Of a stretch of 64,000 bases of DNA, positions 55,610 through 64,000 are shown in pieces (the first letter of the stretch is position 1; each line of letters starts with the position of its first letter). Under the pieces are notes generated by a model. The model saw only the letters and a program-made list of their open reading frames with translations, did not search any database and had not been told where the DNA came from. Origin of the DNA: an uncultured Verrucomicrobiae bacterium (lineage in GTDB: Bacteria; Verrucomicrobiota; Verrucomicrobiia; Limisphaerales; Palsa-1400); contig CAVXRD010000002.1 of NCBI GenBank assembly GCA_963764165.1, forward strand, positions 512,001-576,000, in the 5' to 3' direction. Made by a program: the position numbers and the translations under genes.

Positions 55610-56716
55610 ATGAATTTGGACATCGCATGGGCTAAGGCCGCGGATTTGTCGACCGTTCCATCGCCGTCGCTGCTGCTGGGCTTGCAGGCCATCGAGCGGA
55701 ATTTGCAAACCATGCTCGCCATGGCTGGCTCCCCTGCCCGCCTTCGCCCGCACGTCAAAACACACAAGCTCGGATGGCTGGTCGAACGGCAGATTGCGCT
55801 TGGGATTTCAACTTTCAAGTGCGCCACCATCGCCGAGGCGGAAATGTGCGCGCTGGCGGGCGCGGCGGATGTCCTCATTGCCTTCCAGCCGGTCGGCCCG
55901 AACATCGCCCGGATGCTGGCCTTGCGCGCCAAATATCCGTCAACTAAATTCTCCACGCTCGTCGATGACATGGGCGTTTTGAAAGCCCTCGCGGCCACCG
56001 GGGAGCCGCTTGAAGTTCTTCTTGACCTCGATGTGGGCCAGCATCGCACTGGCGTTGCCTCGGGACCGGAGGCGGTTGACCTGTATCGGGCGCTGGCGGC
56101 GGCCAAATCGCTGATCCCAGGCGGACTGCACACTTACGACGGGCATTTGAGCCAGACGGATTTCGCCGTCCGCGCCGCGGCCTGCAACGAAGCGGTGGAG
56201 TCGGTCGAGAAATTGCGCGCCGAGTTGCTGGCGCTTGGTTTTCCCGTGCCGAAAATTGTGGCGGGCGGAAGCCCCACTTTTCCCATTCACGCCAAGCGTG
56301 GCAGCCATGTGCAATGCAGTCCGGGAACGACCGTTCTTTGGGACGCATCCTCCGCCATCAAAACTCCCGATCTCGATTTTGCGCCCGCAGCCGTTCTTTT
56401 GACACGCGTCGTGAGCAAGCCGGGCGGAAATCGCGTATGCCTTGATCTCGGCCACAAGGCGGTTGGCTCGGAGATGCCGCATCCGCGCGTCGTTTTTCCC
56501 GATTTGCCGGACGCGCAATTCATCACGCACTCCGAGGAGCATCTGGTGTTGGAAACCGCGTCGGCAAATCGCATTTCGGTGGGCGATGAATTTCTGGGAG
56601 TGCCGTGGCACGTCTGCCCCTCGGTCGCCCTGCACGCGGAAGCCGTTTTGATTGACAGCGGCAAGGTGACCGGGCAGAGCCGCATTGAAGCGCGGGCGCG
56701 AAAACTCACGATATGA
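55610..56716 (+). CDS. D-threonine aldolase/DSD1-like fold-type III PLP enzyme
   Basis: LRPHVKTHK, CATIAEAE, HRTG, YDGH, DLGHKAV, SEEH and PWHVCP motifs. Confidence 0.9.
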   Translation: MNLDIAWAKAADLSTVPSPSLLLGLQAIERNLQTMLAMAGSPARLRPHVKTHKLGWLVERQIALGISTFKCATIAEAEMCALAGAADVLIAFQPVGPNIARMLALRAKYPSTKFSTLVDDMGVLKALAATGEPLEVLLDLDVGQHRTGVASGPEAVDLYRALAAAKSLIPGGLHTYDGHLSQTDFAVRAAACNEAVESVEKLRAELLALGFPVPKIVAGGSPTFPIHAKRGSHVQCSPGTTVLWDASSAIKTPDLDFAPAAVLLTRVVSKPGGNRVCLDLGHKAVGSEMPHPRVVFPDLPDAQFITHSEEHLVLETASANRISVGDEFLGVPWHVCPSVALHAEAVLIDSGKVTGQSRIEARARKLTI

Positions 56717-56755
56717 CCCCCAAATCAAGAGCACCGCTCGCCTGGCAGGTGAGCA

Positions 56756-56822
56756 CGGTAGGGCGAGGCTCCCGCCGAGCCATCTTCGCGAGGAATGGCT
56801 CGGCGGGAGCCTCGCCCTACCG
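56756..56822. repeat. Perfect 28-bp-arm GTAG-type REP inverted repeat
   Basis: CGGTAGGGCGAGGCTCCCGCCGAGCCAT-N11-ATGGCTCGGCGGGAGCCTCGCCCTACCG. Confidence 0.9.
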
Positions 56823-56843
56823 AACCCCACTAGCAATTCGCGT

Positions 56844-58181
56844 ATGACATCGCGCGAGTGGTATTTAATTGCGCTCGCGGTGACCGGAGTCGGATTGCTC
56901 GTGCTGCTGGTTTCATGGGCGCGGCTCAATGCTTTCCTCGCTCTGCTTGCCGCCGCGCTGGTGGTTGGAGTGGCCGCGCATCAGCCCTTGATGGCCGTGG
57001 CCAATTCGTTTCAGGACGGTTTGGGATCCACCTTGCGCGGCGTGGCGGCGGTGATTTGCCTCGGGACAATGCTTGGCAAATTGCTGGCGGAATCGCGCGG
57101 AGCGGAAGTGCTGGCGAAGAATTTCGCGGCGGCCTTTGGCCCGAAGCGCGTGGGCTTGTGCCTCATGGCGCTGGCTCTGACGGTCGGGTTGACGGTGTGG
57201 TTCCCGGTGGGCCTTATTATGTTGACACCGGTCCTGAACAAGCTCGTGCAGGAAACGAAACGGCCGTTTCTCTATCTTGCTTTGCCGATGCTGACACCGC
57301 TTTCGGTGATGCATGGATTGATGCCGCCGCATCCCGGGCCGGTGCTGGCCATCAACGCGCTCCACGCCAACACAGGCAAAGTGCTGCTGTGGGGTTTGGT
57401 GCTGGGAATACCGGTCGCGATCATTGCCGGGCCGATCTTCGCGCGATTGGCGGATCCTCGCGGGACCAGCAAAGGCGTGGCGGCTGACGAGCCGGAGCCG
57501 CATCCCGGCTCGCGCCCGCCGACTTTTGGTTTGACGCTCTTTTCCATGCTGCTGCCCGTCGGTTTGATGACCATCGCTTCCATCGCGGATGTAACGATGG
57601 CGGATGGGCGGGTTCGGCACATGCTGGATTTTGCGGGCAATTCCTCGGTGGCGCTCTTCATCGCCGTGCTTTTTGCGCACTGGTCGCTCGGGGTGCGCTG
57701 CGGATTTCGGGCGGGGCTTTTGCTCAAATTCACGGAGGATGCGGTTGCCGCCATCGGCATGACCATTCTCATTGTGGGAGGTGGCGGAGGCTTTGCCCAC
57801 GTCCTGCAAACGACCGGCGCGGCCGATTCTATGGGCTCGCTGGCTGCGGCGATTCATCTGCCTCCCCTGCTCTATTGCTGGATGGTTTCAGCATTCATCC
57901 GCGTGGCGACCGGCTCGTCGACTGTTGCATTGACAGCAGCTTCCGCCGTGATGGCGCCCGTAATAACGGCGGATCCGACCATCAATCGCGAGCTGGCGGT
58001 GATCTCGATTGGCTGCGGCTCGCTCTTTCTTTCGCATCTCAATGACGGCGGATTTTGGATTGTCAAAGACCGGCTGAACTTATCGGTCGCCGAAACGTTT
58101 CGCGTGTGGTCAGTCTGTGAAACCATCATTGGATTGTCCGGCCTCGGGCTGACACTGCTGGCCAACGCGATTGTCAAATGA
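56844..58181 (+). CDS. GntP-family sugar acid:H+ symporter
   Basis: LGKLLAESRGA, HGLMPPHPGP, RVATGSSTVA and SHLNDGGFW motifs. Confidence 0.92.
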   Translation: MTSREWYLIALAVTGVGLLVLLVSWARLNAFLALLAAALVVGVAAHQPLMAVANSFQDGLGSTLRGVAAVICLGTMLGKLLAESRGAEVLAKNFAAAFGPKRVGLCLMALALTVGLTVWFPVGLIMLTPVLNKLVQETKRPFLYLALPMLTPLSVMHGLMPPHPGPVLAINALHANTGKVLLWGLVLGIPVAIIAGPIFARLADPRGTSKGVAADEPEPHPGSRPPTFGLTLFSMLLPVGLMTIASIADVTMADGRVRHMLDFAGNSSVALFIAVLFAHWSLGVRCGFRAGLLLKFTEDAVAAIGMTILIVGGGGGFAHVLQTTGAADSMGSLAAAIHLPPLLYCWMVSAFIRVATGSSTVALTAASAVMAPVITADPTINRELAVISIGCGSLFLSHLNDGGFWIVKDRLNLSVAETFRVWSVCETIIGLSGLGLTLLANAIVK

Positions 58182-59254
58182 GCCATCCTTTTCTCCTCGA
58201 CGCGCACCTCGACCTCGCACTGAATGCCATCGAATGGAATCGCGATTTGACGCGGCCCCTCTCCGAACTTCGCGAAGCCGAGGCCGGCATGAATGACAAG
58301 CGCGGACGCGGGCGAGGAACTGTGTGCTTCCCGGAAATGCGGCGCGGCAAAGTGGGTTTGGCGGTGGTGACGCAGCTTGCGCGTGTCAGCACGAACGATG
58401 GACTCAATCCCGTCGCCGTCTGGCAATCCCCCGCGCAGGCGTGGGCCATGACGCAAGGGCAACTGGCCTGGTACCGCGCCATGCACGAAGCGAGAGAAAT
58501 CCGGATGATTGACAACCGCATCGCTCTGGATGAGCACGTCGCGAGTTTGGAGAAAGGCGAAGCTGGCGCGATTGGCTGCATTCTCAGCCTCGAAGGCGCG
58601 GATTCGCTCATCTCGCTGGCGCACCTGGAGCGAGCTTATTCGCGAGGACTGCGCGCGATCGGCCCCGCGCACTACGGGCCGGGACGTTACGCCCAAGGCA
58701 CCAAATCCACCGGCGGGCTTCCGGCGACGGGGCGTGAACTGCTCAAGGAAATGGAGCGGCTTGGAATTATTCTTGACGTAACGCATTTCACGGACGAGTG
58801 CTTTTGGGAGGCGCTGGAAATTTACCCGGGGCCGGTTTGGGCCAGCCATCACAATTGCCGCGCGCTTGTCGCCGGCCAGCGCCAATTGAGCGACGATCAA
58901 ATCAAGGCGCTGATTGAGCGTGACGCCGTCATTGGCGCGGCGATGGACGGGTGGATGATCGTGCCAGATTGGATCCAGGGCCAGACCACTTCCGACGAGC
59001 GCGATTTGAAACTGGAGCAATTGGTTTTTCATATTGACCACATCTGTCAACTATCCGGCAATTCCAATCACGTGGGCCTCGGCTCGGATTTGGACGGCGG
59101 ATTTGGAACAGAGCAAACGCCGCTCGATTTGAACAGCATTGGCGACATGGGAACGCTGCTGGATTTGCTGCGCGCGCGCGGCTGGAGCGAGAACGACCTT
59201 GCCAAATTCGCGCACGGAAATTTCCTGCGGGTTCTGCGCCGCGCCCTGCCGTGA
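58178..59254 (+). CDS. Membrane dipeptidase family (peptidase M19)
   Basis: DAHLD, SLEGAD, LDVTH, ASHHN, HIDHIC and GSDLDGG motifs. Confidence 0.9.
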   Translation: MSHPFLLDAHLDLALNAIEWNRDLTRPLSELREAEAGMNDKRGRGRGTVCFPEMRRGKVGLAVVTQLARVSTNDGLNPVAVWQSPAQAWAMTQGQLAWYRAMHEAREIRMIDNRIALDEHVASLEKGEAGAIGCILSLEGADSLISLAHLERAYSRGLRAIGPAHYGPGRYAQGTKSTGGLPATGRELLKEMERLGIILDVTHFTDECFWEALEIYPGPVWASHHNCRALVAGQRQLSDDQIKALIERDAVIGAAMDGWMIVPDWIQGQTTSDERDLKLEQLVFHIDHICQLSGNSNHVGLGSDLDGGFGTEQTPLDLNSIGDMGTLLDLLRARGWSENDLAKFAHGNFLRVLRRALP

Positions 59255-59315
59255 ACCATTGCGAGCGGGGCGCAGACCTACCGGCGCAATCAGGGAAAAA
59301 ATGAGGTGAATTTTC

Positions 59316-59344
59316 TTGCAGGAACGGCGTGCAGAGCGCATGAT
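59316..59344 (+). promoter_or_regulatory. Sigma70-like promoter upstream of the 6S RNA candidate
   Basis: TTGCAG-N17-CATGAT with AT-rich upstream segment. Confidence 0.45.
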
Positions 59345-59438
59345 GAGAACATTGGAACTGCACGCGGGGAAAGTGCAGCCGCTCTTTGGAAAAACGGGTT
59401 GCCGCGGCCGTTCAAATAACAACCGCGGACTACAATTT

Positions 59439-59615
59439 ACCCTGCCATGCTCGTGATTAAAAACAAAGTCCTTGAACCGTAAATAGTCAGCAAGGAGCCC
59501 TAACCTCGGTAGTGGCCGACAGGCCTTGACTGGAAGTCGTAAGCAATCGACTCGGCTCCAAATGTTCATACCAGCAGTTCAAAGGAACTGTTTATACACG
59601 GCATTACGGTGGGGT
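59439..59615 (+). ncRNA. ssrS: 6S RNA (probable)
   Basis: About 180-nt rod: ACCCTGCC/GGTGGGGT closing stem, ATGC-CGTG/CACG-GCAT, TCCTTGAAC/GTTCAAAGGA, central A-rich bubble, GGAGCC/GGCTCC inner stem, 3' T-run. Confidence 0.8.
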
Positions 59616-59720
59616 TTTTTTATTGGCGGGAACGCCTCCCTTGGCGGCTAATGGTCCTTGTCCTCATCCCGGATTTCAAATTGGGTTGACCTCGAAGCCC
59701 GCGGCGGTATCGTGCGCTTC

Positions 59721-60815
59721 ATGAAATCGCTGTATCTGCTGCCGATGCTGGCTGTGGTCATGTCGGCATTCTCCCAAAACGGCCCCGCTCCTGAAGTTTC
59801 CGCCGATGGCCGCGTCACCTTCCGCCTGAAATCCACCAACGCGCAAAGCGTGCTGGTGCAGTGCGAGAGCCTGGCTCGTGAGCCCATGGCCAAGGATGAC
59901 AAGGGGGTCTGGTCCTTCACCACGCCGGCGCTGGAGCCGGATTTTTACGGATACTCCTTTATTGTTGACGGCGTGCGGGCGCTGGATTTGAACAACCCGC
60001 TGCAAAAATACAATCTTCTCAACACGGAAAGCCAGGTTCACGTTCCCGGCCCGGCTTCCCTTGCGTGGGAAGTCAACGATGTTCCGCACGGCGTCATTCA
60101 TCGCCACTTTTACCATTCCAAGGCGGCCGGGGATGACCGCGCGTTCTTCGTCTATACGCCGCCGGGATATTCCATTTCCGGCCCCGCCCTGCCGGTCTTT
60201 TGCCTGCTGCATGGATTCAGTGATGACGCGTCCGCCTGGTGTTCGGTGGGCCAGGCGAATATTATTTTTGACAACCTGATTGCCCGCGGAGAGGCCAAGC
60301 CGATGGTGGTCGTCATGCCGCTCGGATACGGAACGATGGAAGCGCTTTACCGCAACGGCCGCGCGCGGGATCCCGGGTTTAACCAGCGCAGCACAAACCA
60401 GTTTCGCGCGACGTTGATGGATGAGGTTCTGCCGCAAGTGGAAGCCGCCTATCACGTTTCCAGCGATCGCCAGCAGCGCGCCATCGCCGGACTCTCGATG
60501 GGCGGGGCGGAATCTCTCACGGTGGGGTTGAATAACCTCGATCACTTCTCGTGGATCGGCGCGTTCAGCGCCGGCGGGGTCGGCACGAATTTCCCGGCGA
60601 CCTTTCCGACGCTTGACGCCACGGCCAACGACCGCCTTCGCCTGCTGTGGATCGCCTGCGGGAAAGAGGATGGGCTGTTCGAGCCAAACCGGAAATTCGC
60701 GGAGTGGCTCGACAGCAAAGGCGTGCATCACACCTGGACAGAAACCGCCGGCGCCCACAGCTGGCGGGTGTGGCGGCGGAATTTAGCGGCCTTCACTCCG
60801 CTTCTTTTCAAGTAA
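59721..60815 (+). CDS. Secreted carbohydrate esterase (N-terminal E-set/CBM48-like domain plus enterochelin-esterase-like hydrolase)
   Basis: Signal peptide, VYTPPGY, LLHG, AIAGLSMGG, GAFS, CGKED and GAHSW motifs. Confidence 0.9.
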   Translation: MKSLYLLPMLAVVMSAFSQNGPAPEVSADGRVTFRLKSTNAQSVLVQCESLAREPMAKDDKGVWSFTTPALEPDFYGYSFIVDGVRALDLNNPLQKYNLLNTESQVHVPGPASLAWEVNDVPHGVIHRHFYHSKAAGDDRAFFVYTPPGYSISGPALPVFCLLHGFSDDASAWCSVGQANIIFDNLIARGEAKPMVVVMPLGYGTMEALYRNGRARDPGFNQRSTNQFRATLMDEVLPQVEAAYHVSSDRQQRAIAGLSMGGAESLTVGLNNLDHFSWIGAFSAGGVGTNFPATFPTLDATANDRLRLLWIACGKEDGLFEPNRKFAEWLDSKGVHHTWTETAGAHSWRVWRRNLAAFTPLLFK

Positions 60816-60835
60816 CTTGCGAAACGGGCGAGGCG

Positions 60836-61552
60836 ATGAAATGGTACGTTGGCACCAGCGGATTCTCCTACAAGGAATGGCGCGGGCCGTTTTATCCCGA
60901 AAAACTGCCCGCCAGGCGCATGCTCAATTTCTACGCCGGGCATTTTCGCTCGGTGGAAATGAACGGCACTTTTTACCGCCTGCCGAAAGCGAGCGCCATC
61001 GAGGCGTGGACGAGGGAAGTGCCGCCTGATTTCAAGGTTGTCCTCAAGGCGCCGCAAAAAATGACGCATCGCGAGCGCTTGAAAAACTCAGCCAAGTCCG
61101 CGAAGGAATTTCTTGAATTGGCAAATGTCCTTGGCCCGCGCATGGGGCCCGTGCTTTTCCAACTGCCCGGATTCATCAAGAAAGACCAACCGCTCCTGGG
61201 CGATTTTCTGGCCATGCTGGACGGCCGCTGCCGTGCCGCATTTGAATTCCGCCACCAGAGCTGGTTTGAGGACGATGTGTTCGCGACGCTGAAGAAGCAT
61301 CAGGCAGCCTTGTGCATCGCCGATGCGGAAAACGACCTGATTATCCCATTTGTCGCAACGGCGAAATGGGGCTATTTGCGATTGCGGAGGACCGTTTACA
61401 AAAAGGCCGTGCTCAAGGCGTGGGCCAGCCGCATCGCTGCGCAAAAATGGAAGGAAGCTTTTGTTTTTTTCAAACACGACGACATTGGACGCGGGCCGAA
61501 GATGGCGCGACAATTTCTTGCGTTGGCCGGGCCGCCGCCAGGCAGTGACTAA
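60836..61552 (+). CDS. DUF72 family protein
   Basis: VGTSGFSYKEW, VEMNGTFY, LFQLP, EFRHQSW and YLRLR motifs. Confidence 0.92.
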   Translation: MKWYVGTSGFSYKEWRGPFYPEKLPARRMLNFYAGHFRSVEMNGTFYRLPKASAIEAWTREVPPDFKVVLKAPQKMTHRERLKNSAKSAKEFLELANVLGPRMGPVLFQLPGFIKKDQPLLGDFLAMLDGRCRAAFEFRHQSWFEDDVFATLKKHQAALCIADAENDLIIPFVATAKWGYLRLRRTVYKKAVLKAWASRIAAQKWKEAFVFFKHDDIGRGPKMARQFLALAGPPPGSD

Positions 61553-61617
61553 GCGACCCGTTCCGTTGGCGTTATTCGTTTCAATTTTTCCCAATATTTC
61601 TTCAGAAATCGCGCTGA

Positions 61618-61662
61618 AAAACCTCTGGCAGGTTTTCTGATTTCATTTCCATGTGCCACACT
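61618..61662 (+). promoter_or_regulatory. Bipartite dyad plus extended -10-like motif, copy 3
   Basis: AAAACCT-CTGGC-AGGTTTTC-N16-TGCCACACT. Confidence 0.6.
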
Positions 61663-61717
61663 GCCTCCATCCATGAATATATGACAGCACCGCGGAACCG
61701 GCTCCCGCCGCCTCCCG

Positions 61718-61739
61718 AATTGTCACGCAATTGTCACGA
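61718..61739 (+). promoter_or_regulatory. Pho box upstream of pstS
   Basis: Two 11-bp direct repeats AATTGTCACGC/AATTGTCACGA matching the TGTCA core of PhoB boxes. Confidence 0.75.
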
Positions 61740-61807
61740 GGTTTCCTTTTCTTCGCCTTATGGCGTGGATAAACTGCCGCCATGGTTGCAGCGGCTCGGA
61801 TTGTGAG

Positions 61808-62839
61808 ATGAAGATGCATGGAACGTTGACAAGGCTGGCGCGCGCGATGGTGAGCACGGCTATTGTCTTGGCGTGCGCGGGGCGCGTGCCGGCTCAATTG
61901 CTCATTAACGGCGCGGGCGCAACCTTTCCCTATCCCATTTACTCCAAATGGTTTGACGAATACAGCAGGGTCGATCCTTCCGTTCGCTTCAATTACCAGT
62001 CCATCGGCTCCGGCGGCGGACAGAAACAAATCATGCAGGGGACGGTCGATTTCGGCGCGACGGACGGGCCCATGAGCGACCAGAACCTCTCCAAGGCGCC
62101 CGCAAAAATTCTCCACGTCCCCACGGTGGCCGGGGCGGACGTCATTGCTTACAATTTGCCAGGCGCGCCGAAGCTGCGCCTGGACGGCGCAGCCATTGCC
62201 GCCATGTTCCTCGGCCAGATCACCCGCTGGAACGACTCGCGGCTGGCGGCGCTTAATCCGGGTGTCGCTTTGCCGGCGATGGATTTGCTGCTGGTGCATC
62301 GCGCGGATGGGAGCGGGACGACTTACATTTTCGCCGATTACCTGAGCAGCGTCAGCCCGGAATGGCTGCGCCGGGTTGGGCGCGGCACCTCTGTCAAATG
62401 GCCGGCGGGACTCGGCGCGGAAGGAAACGAGGGCGTGACCAGCCAAATAAAAACAATGCCCGGCGCGGTCGGCTACGTGGAGTTGATTTACGCGGTGCAG
62501 AACAAGCTTTCCTGCGCCACTGTCAAGAATGCGGCGGGAAATTTTATCGCGCCGTCTGTGAAGTCCGTGGCCGAGGCGCTGGACGCCGCGACGATTCCCG
62601 ATGATTTCCGCTTTTCCATGGTCAATCTCGCGGCCCCAAAAGCCTATCCGATATCCGGCGCGACATGGCTGCTGATTTACCAGCAGCAGCGCGATCCGGT
62701 CAAAGGCAGAAAATTAGTGGAGTTCCTTAAGTGGGCCATGAAAGATGGCGAAGCCATGGCGCCATCGCTCGACTACGCTCCCTTGCCGCCCGCGTTGCAC
62801 AAACGCGTGCTGGCTCAAATCGAGGGCATACGGTATTAA
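61808..62839 (+). CDS. pstS: Phosphate ABC transporter substrate-binding protein
   Basis: GAGATFPYP, YQSIGSGGG, DFGATD, RADGSGTT and YPISG motifs. Confidence 0.96.
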   Translation: MKMHGTLTRLARAMVSTAIVLACAGRVPAQLLINGAGATFPYPIYSKWFDEYSRVDPSVRFNYQSIGSGGGQKQIMQGTVDFGATDGPMSDQNLSKAPAKILHVPTVAGADVIAYNLPGAPKLRLDGAAIAAMFLGQITRWNDSRLAALNPGVALPAMDLLLVHRADGSGTTYIFADYLSSVSPEWLRRVGRGTSVKWPAGLGAEGNEGVTSQIKTMPGAVGYVELIYAVQNKLSCATVKNAAGNFIAPSVKSVAEALDAATIPDDFRFSMVNLAAPKAYPISGATWLLIYQQQRDPVKGRKLVEFLKWAMKDGEAMAPSLDYAPLPPALHKRVLAQIEGIRY

Positions 62840-62848
62840 AGCGCGCCA

Positions 62849-63811
62849 ATGAACGCAGCCGCCACAGAGCGAAGCATGATTCTCGCCCCGCCGTCGAAGG
62901 CGGGCGACGCGATTTTCCGAGGGCTGACCTGGGCCATGGCGATGTCGGTGTTCGTGCTCATCGTCGTGCTGGGCTGGGAACTGTTTCAAGGCTCCAAACT
63001 TTCGGTGAAGCAATTTGGCTGGCCGTTTTTAGTCCGCGCAGACTGGAATCCCGTCAGCGGAGAATTCGGGGCGCTGCCGTTCATTTTTGGCACGATGGTG
63101 ACTTCCGTCCTGGGTTTATTGATCGCCCTGCCGCTGAGCCTCGGCGCAGCCATCTATTTGACAGAGCTTGCGCCGAAATGGATTCGCCAGCCCGCGATGA
63201 CCTTGATCGAATTGCTCGCGGCCGTGCCCAGCATTGTTTTGGGGCTTTGGGGGATGGCGGTGCTTGCTCCCTGGCTGGGCGAGCACGTATATCCGCTTTT
63301 GCAGAAGGCGTTTGGTTTTCTGCCGATTTTCCAGGGTCACATCTACGGGCCTTCGATTCTTTCGGCGGCCATCATCGTGGCGATCATGATTGTTCCCATT
63401 GTCACATCGATAGCGCGCGAGGTCTTCCGTTCCGTGCCAGACTCGCAGCGCGAAGCCGCCTTCGCCCTCGGTGCGACGCGCTGGGAAGTCATCCAACTCG
63501 CCGTTTTGAAAGGATCGCGCCGCGGCATTTTCGGCGCTGCCATGCTCGGCCTTGGCCGCGCTCTGGGCGAAACGATGGCGGTGACAATGGTGATCGGCAA
63601 CAGCACGACGATCCCGAAATCGCTCTTCGCCCCGGGCTGCACATTGGCCAGCGGATTGGCGACGGAATTTGGCGAAGCTTCGGACGATATGTATTTGAGC
63701 GCGCTGTTCGAGCTTGGCTTGGTGCTTTTGCTGGTGACGATTGTCACGAATATTTTGGCGCATGTGCTCGTCGGCGCCGTCACCAAACCAGCGCAGGCCG
63801 CCAGCGGATGA
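62849..63811 (+). CDS. pstC: Phosphate ABC transporter permease
   Basis: ELLAAVPSIVLGLWG, EAAFALGATRWE and GRALGETMAV motifs. Confidence 0.96.
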   Translation: MNAAATERSMILAPPSKAGDAIFRGLTWAMAMSVFVLIVVLGWELFQGSKLSVKQFGWPFLVRADWNPVSGEFGALPFIFGTMVTSVLGLLIALPLSLGAAIYLTELAPKWIRQPAMTLIELLAAVPSIVLGLWGMAVLAPWLGEHVYPLLQKAFGFLPIFQGHIYGPSILSAAIIVAIMIVPIVTSIAREVFRSVPDSQREAAFALGATRWEVIQLAVLKGSRRGIFGAAMLGLGRALGETMAVTMVIGNSTTIPKSLFAPGCTLASGLATEFGEASDDMYLSALFELGLVLLLVTIVTNILAHVLVGAVTKPAQAASG

Positions 63812-64000
63812 GCGAGCGCCTCACCCAACGCCGCCGTTTTGCCAGCGCCGCCGTTTCGGCGCTTTGCCTGCTCAGCGCCATCGTCGTGATGCTGCCGATG
63901 GCTTTCATCCTGTTCCATTTGATCCGCCTCGGGGCCGGCGCCATCGACTGGAATTTTTTCACCCAATTGCCAAAGCCCGCCGGCCAGCCCGGGGGCGGAA
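63808..64000 (+). CDS. pstA: Phosphate ABC transporter permease PstA (3' partial)
   Basis: ATGA overlap with pstC; MSERLTQRRR...TM...WNFFTQLPKPAGQPGG. Confidence 0.85.
   Translation, partial: MSERLTQRRRFASAAVSALCLLSAIVVMLPMAFILFHLIRLGAGAIDWNFFTQLPKPAGQPGGG

Overview
GC-rich bacterial chromosomal segment, most likely from Verrucomicrobiota (inferred from the fused LpxC-FabZ, a prepilin-type protein, and large Ig-domain and beta-helix secreted proteins). Housekeeping and metabolic genes include larC, glcF, lpxC/fabZ-lpxA, an APC permease, a D-threonine-aldolase-like/GntP/dipeptidase cluster, a carbamoyltransferase trio and pstSCA with a Pho box. RNA genes are tRNA-Val(GAC), tRNA-Leu(CAG) and a probable 6S RNA. 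A surface-polysaccharide cluster of about 19 kb encodes GT2/GT4 enzymes, a flippase, tandem Wzy/ligase-like paralogs, acyltransferases and methyltransferases. Accessory material comprises an IS1182-family element inserted into the centre of a REP palindrome, several REP-like families, a Y1-transposase C-terminal remnant, AbiE and ParDE toxin-antitoxin pairs and an orphan vsr. Three things stand out. (1) A DUF3800 gene has a compact three-way-junction RNA candidate overlapping its stop codon. (2) An intact Mu-like terminase operon has lipoproteins and a lipase in the lysis slot, no portal gene, and reciprocally swapped Walker A/B residues in TerL. (3) A fixed-spacing bipartite motif (AAAACCT-N5-AGGTTTTC-N16-TGCCAMAST) precedes that operon and recurs at two unrelated sites, suggesting a dispersed regulon or element family. 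All calls come from motif recognition by eye; no database searches were run.
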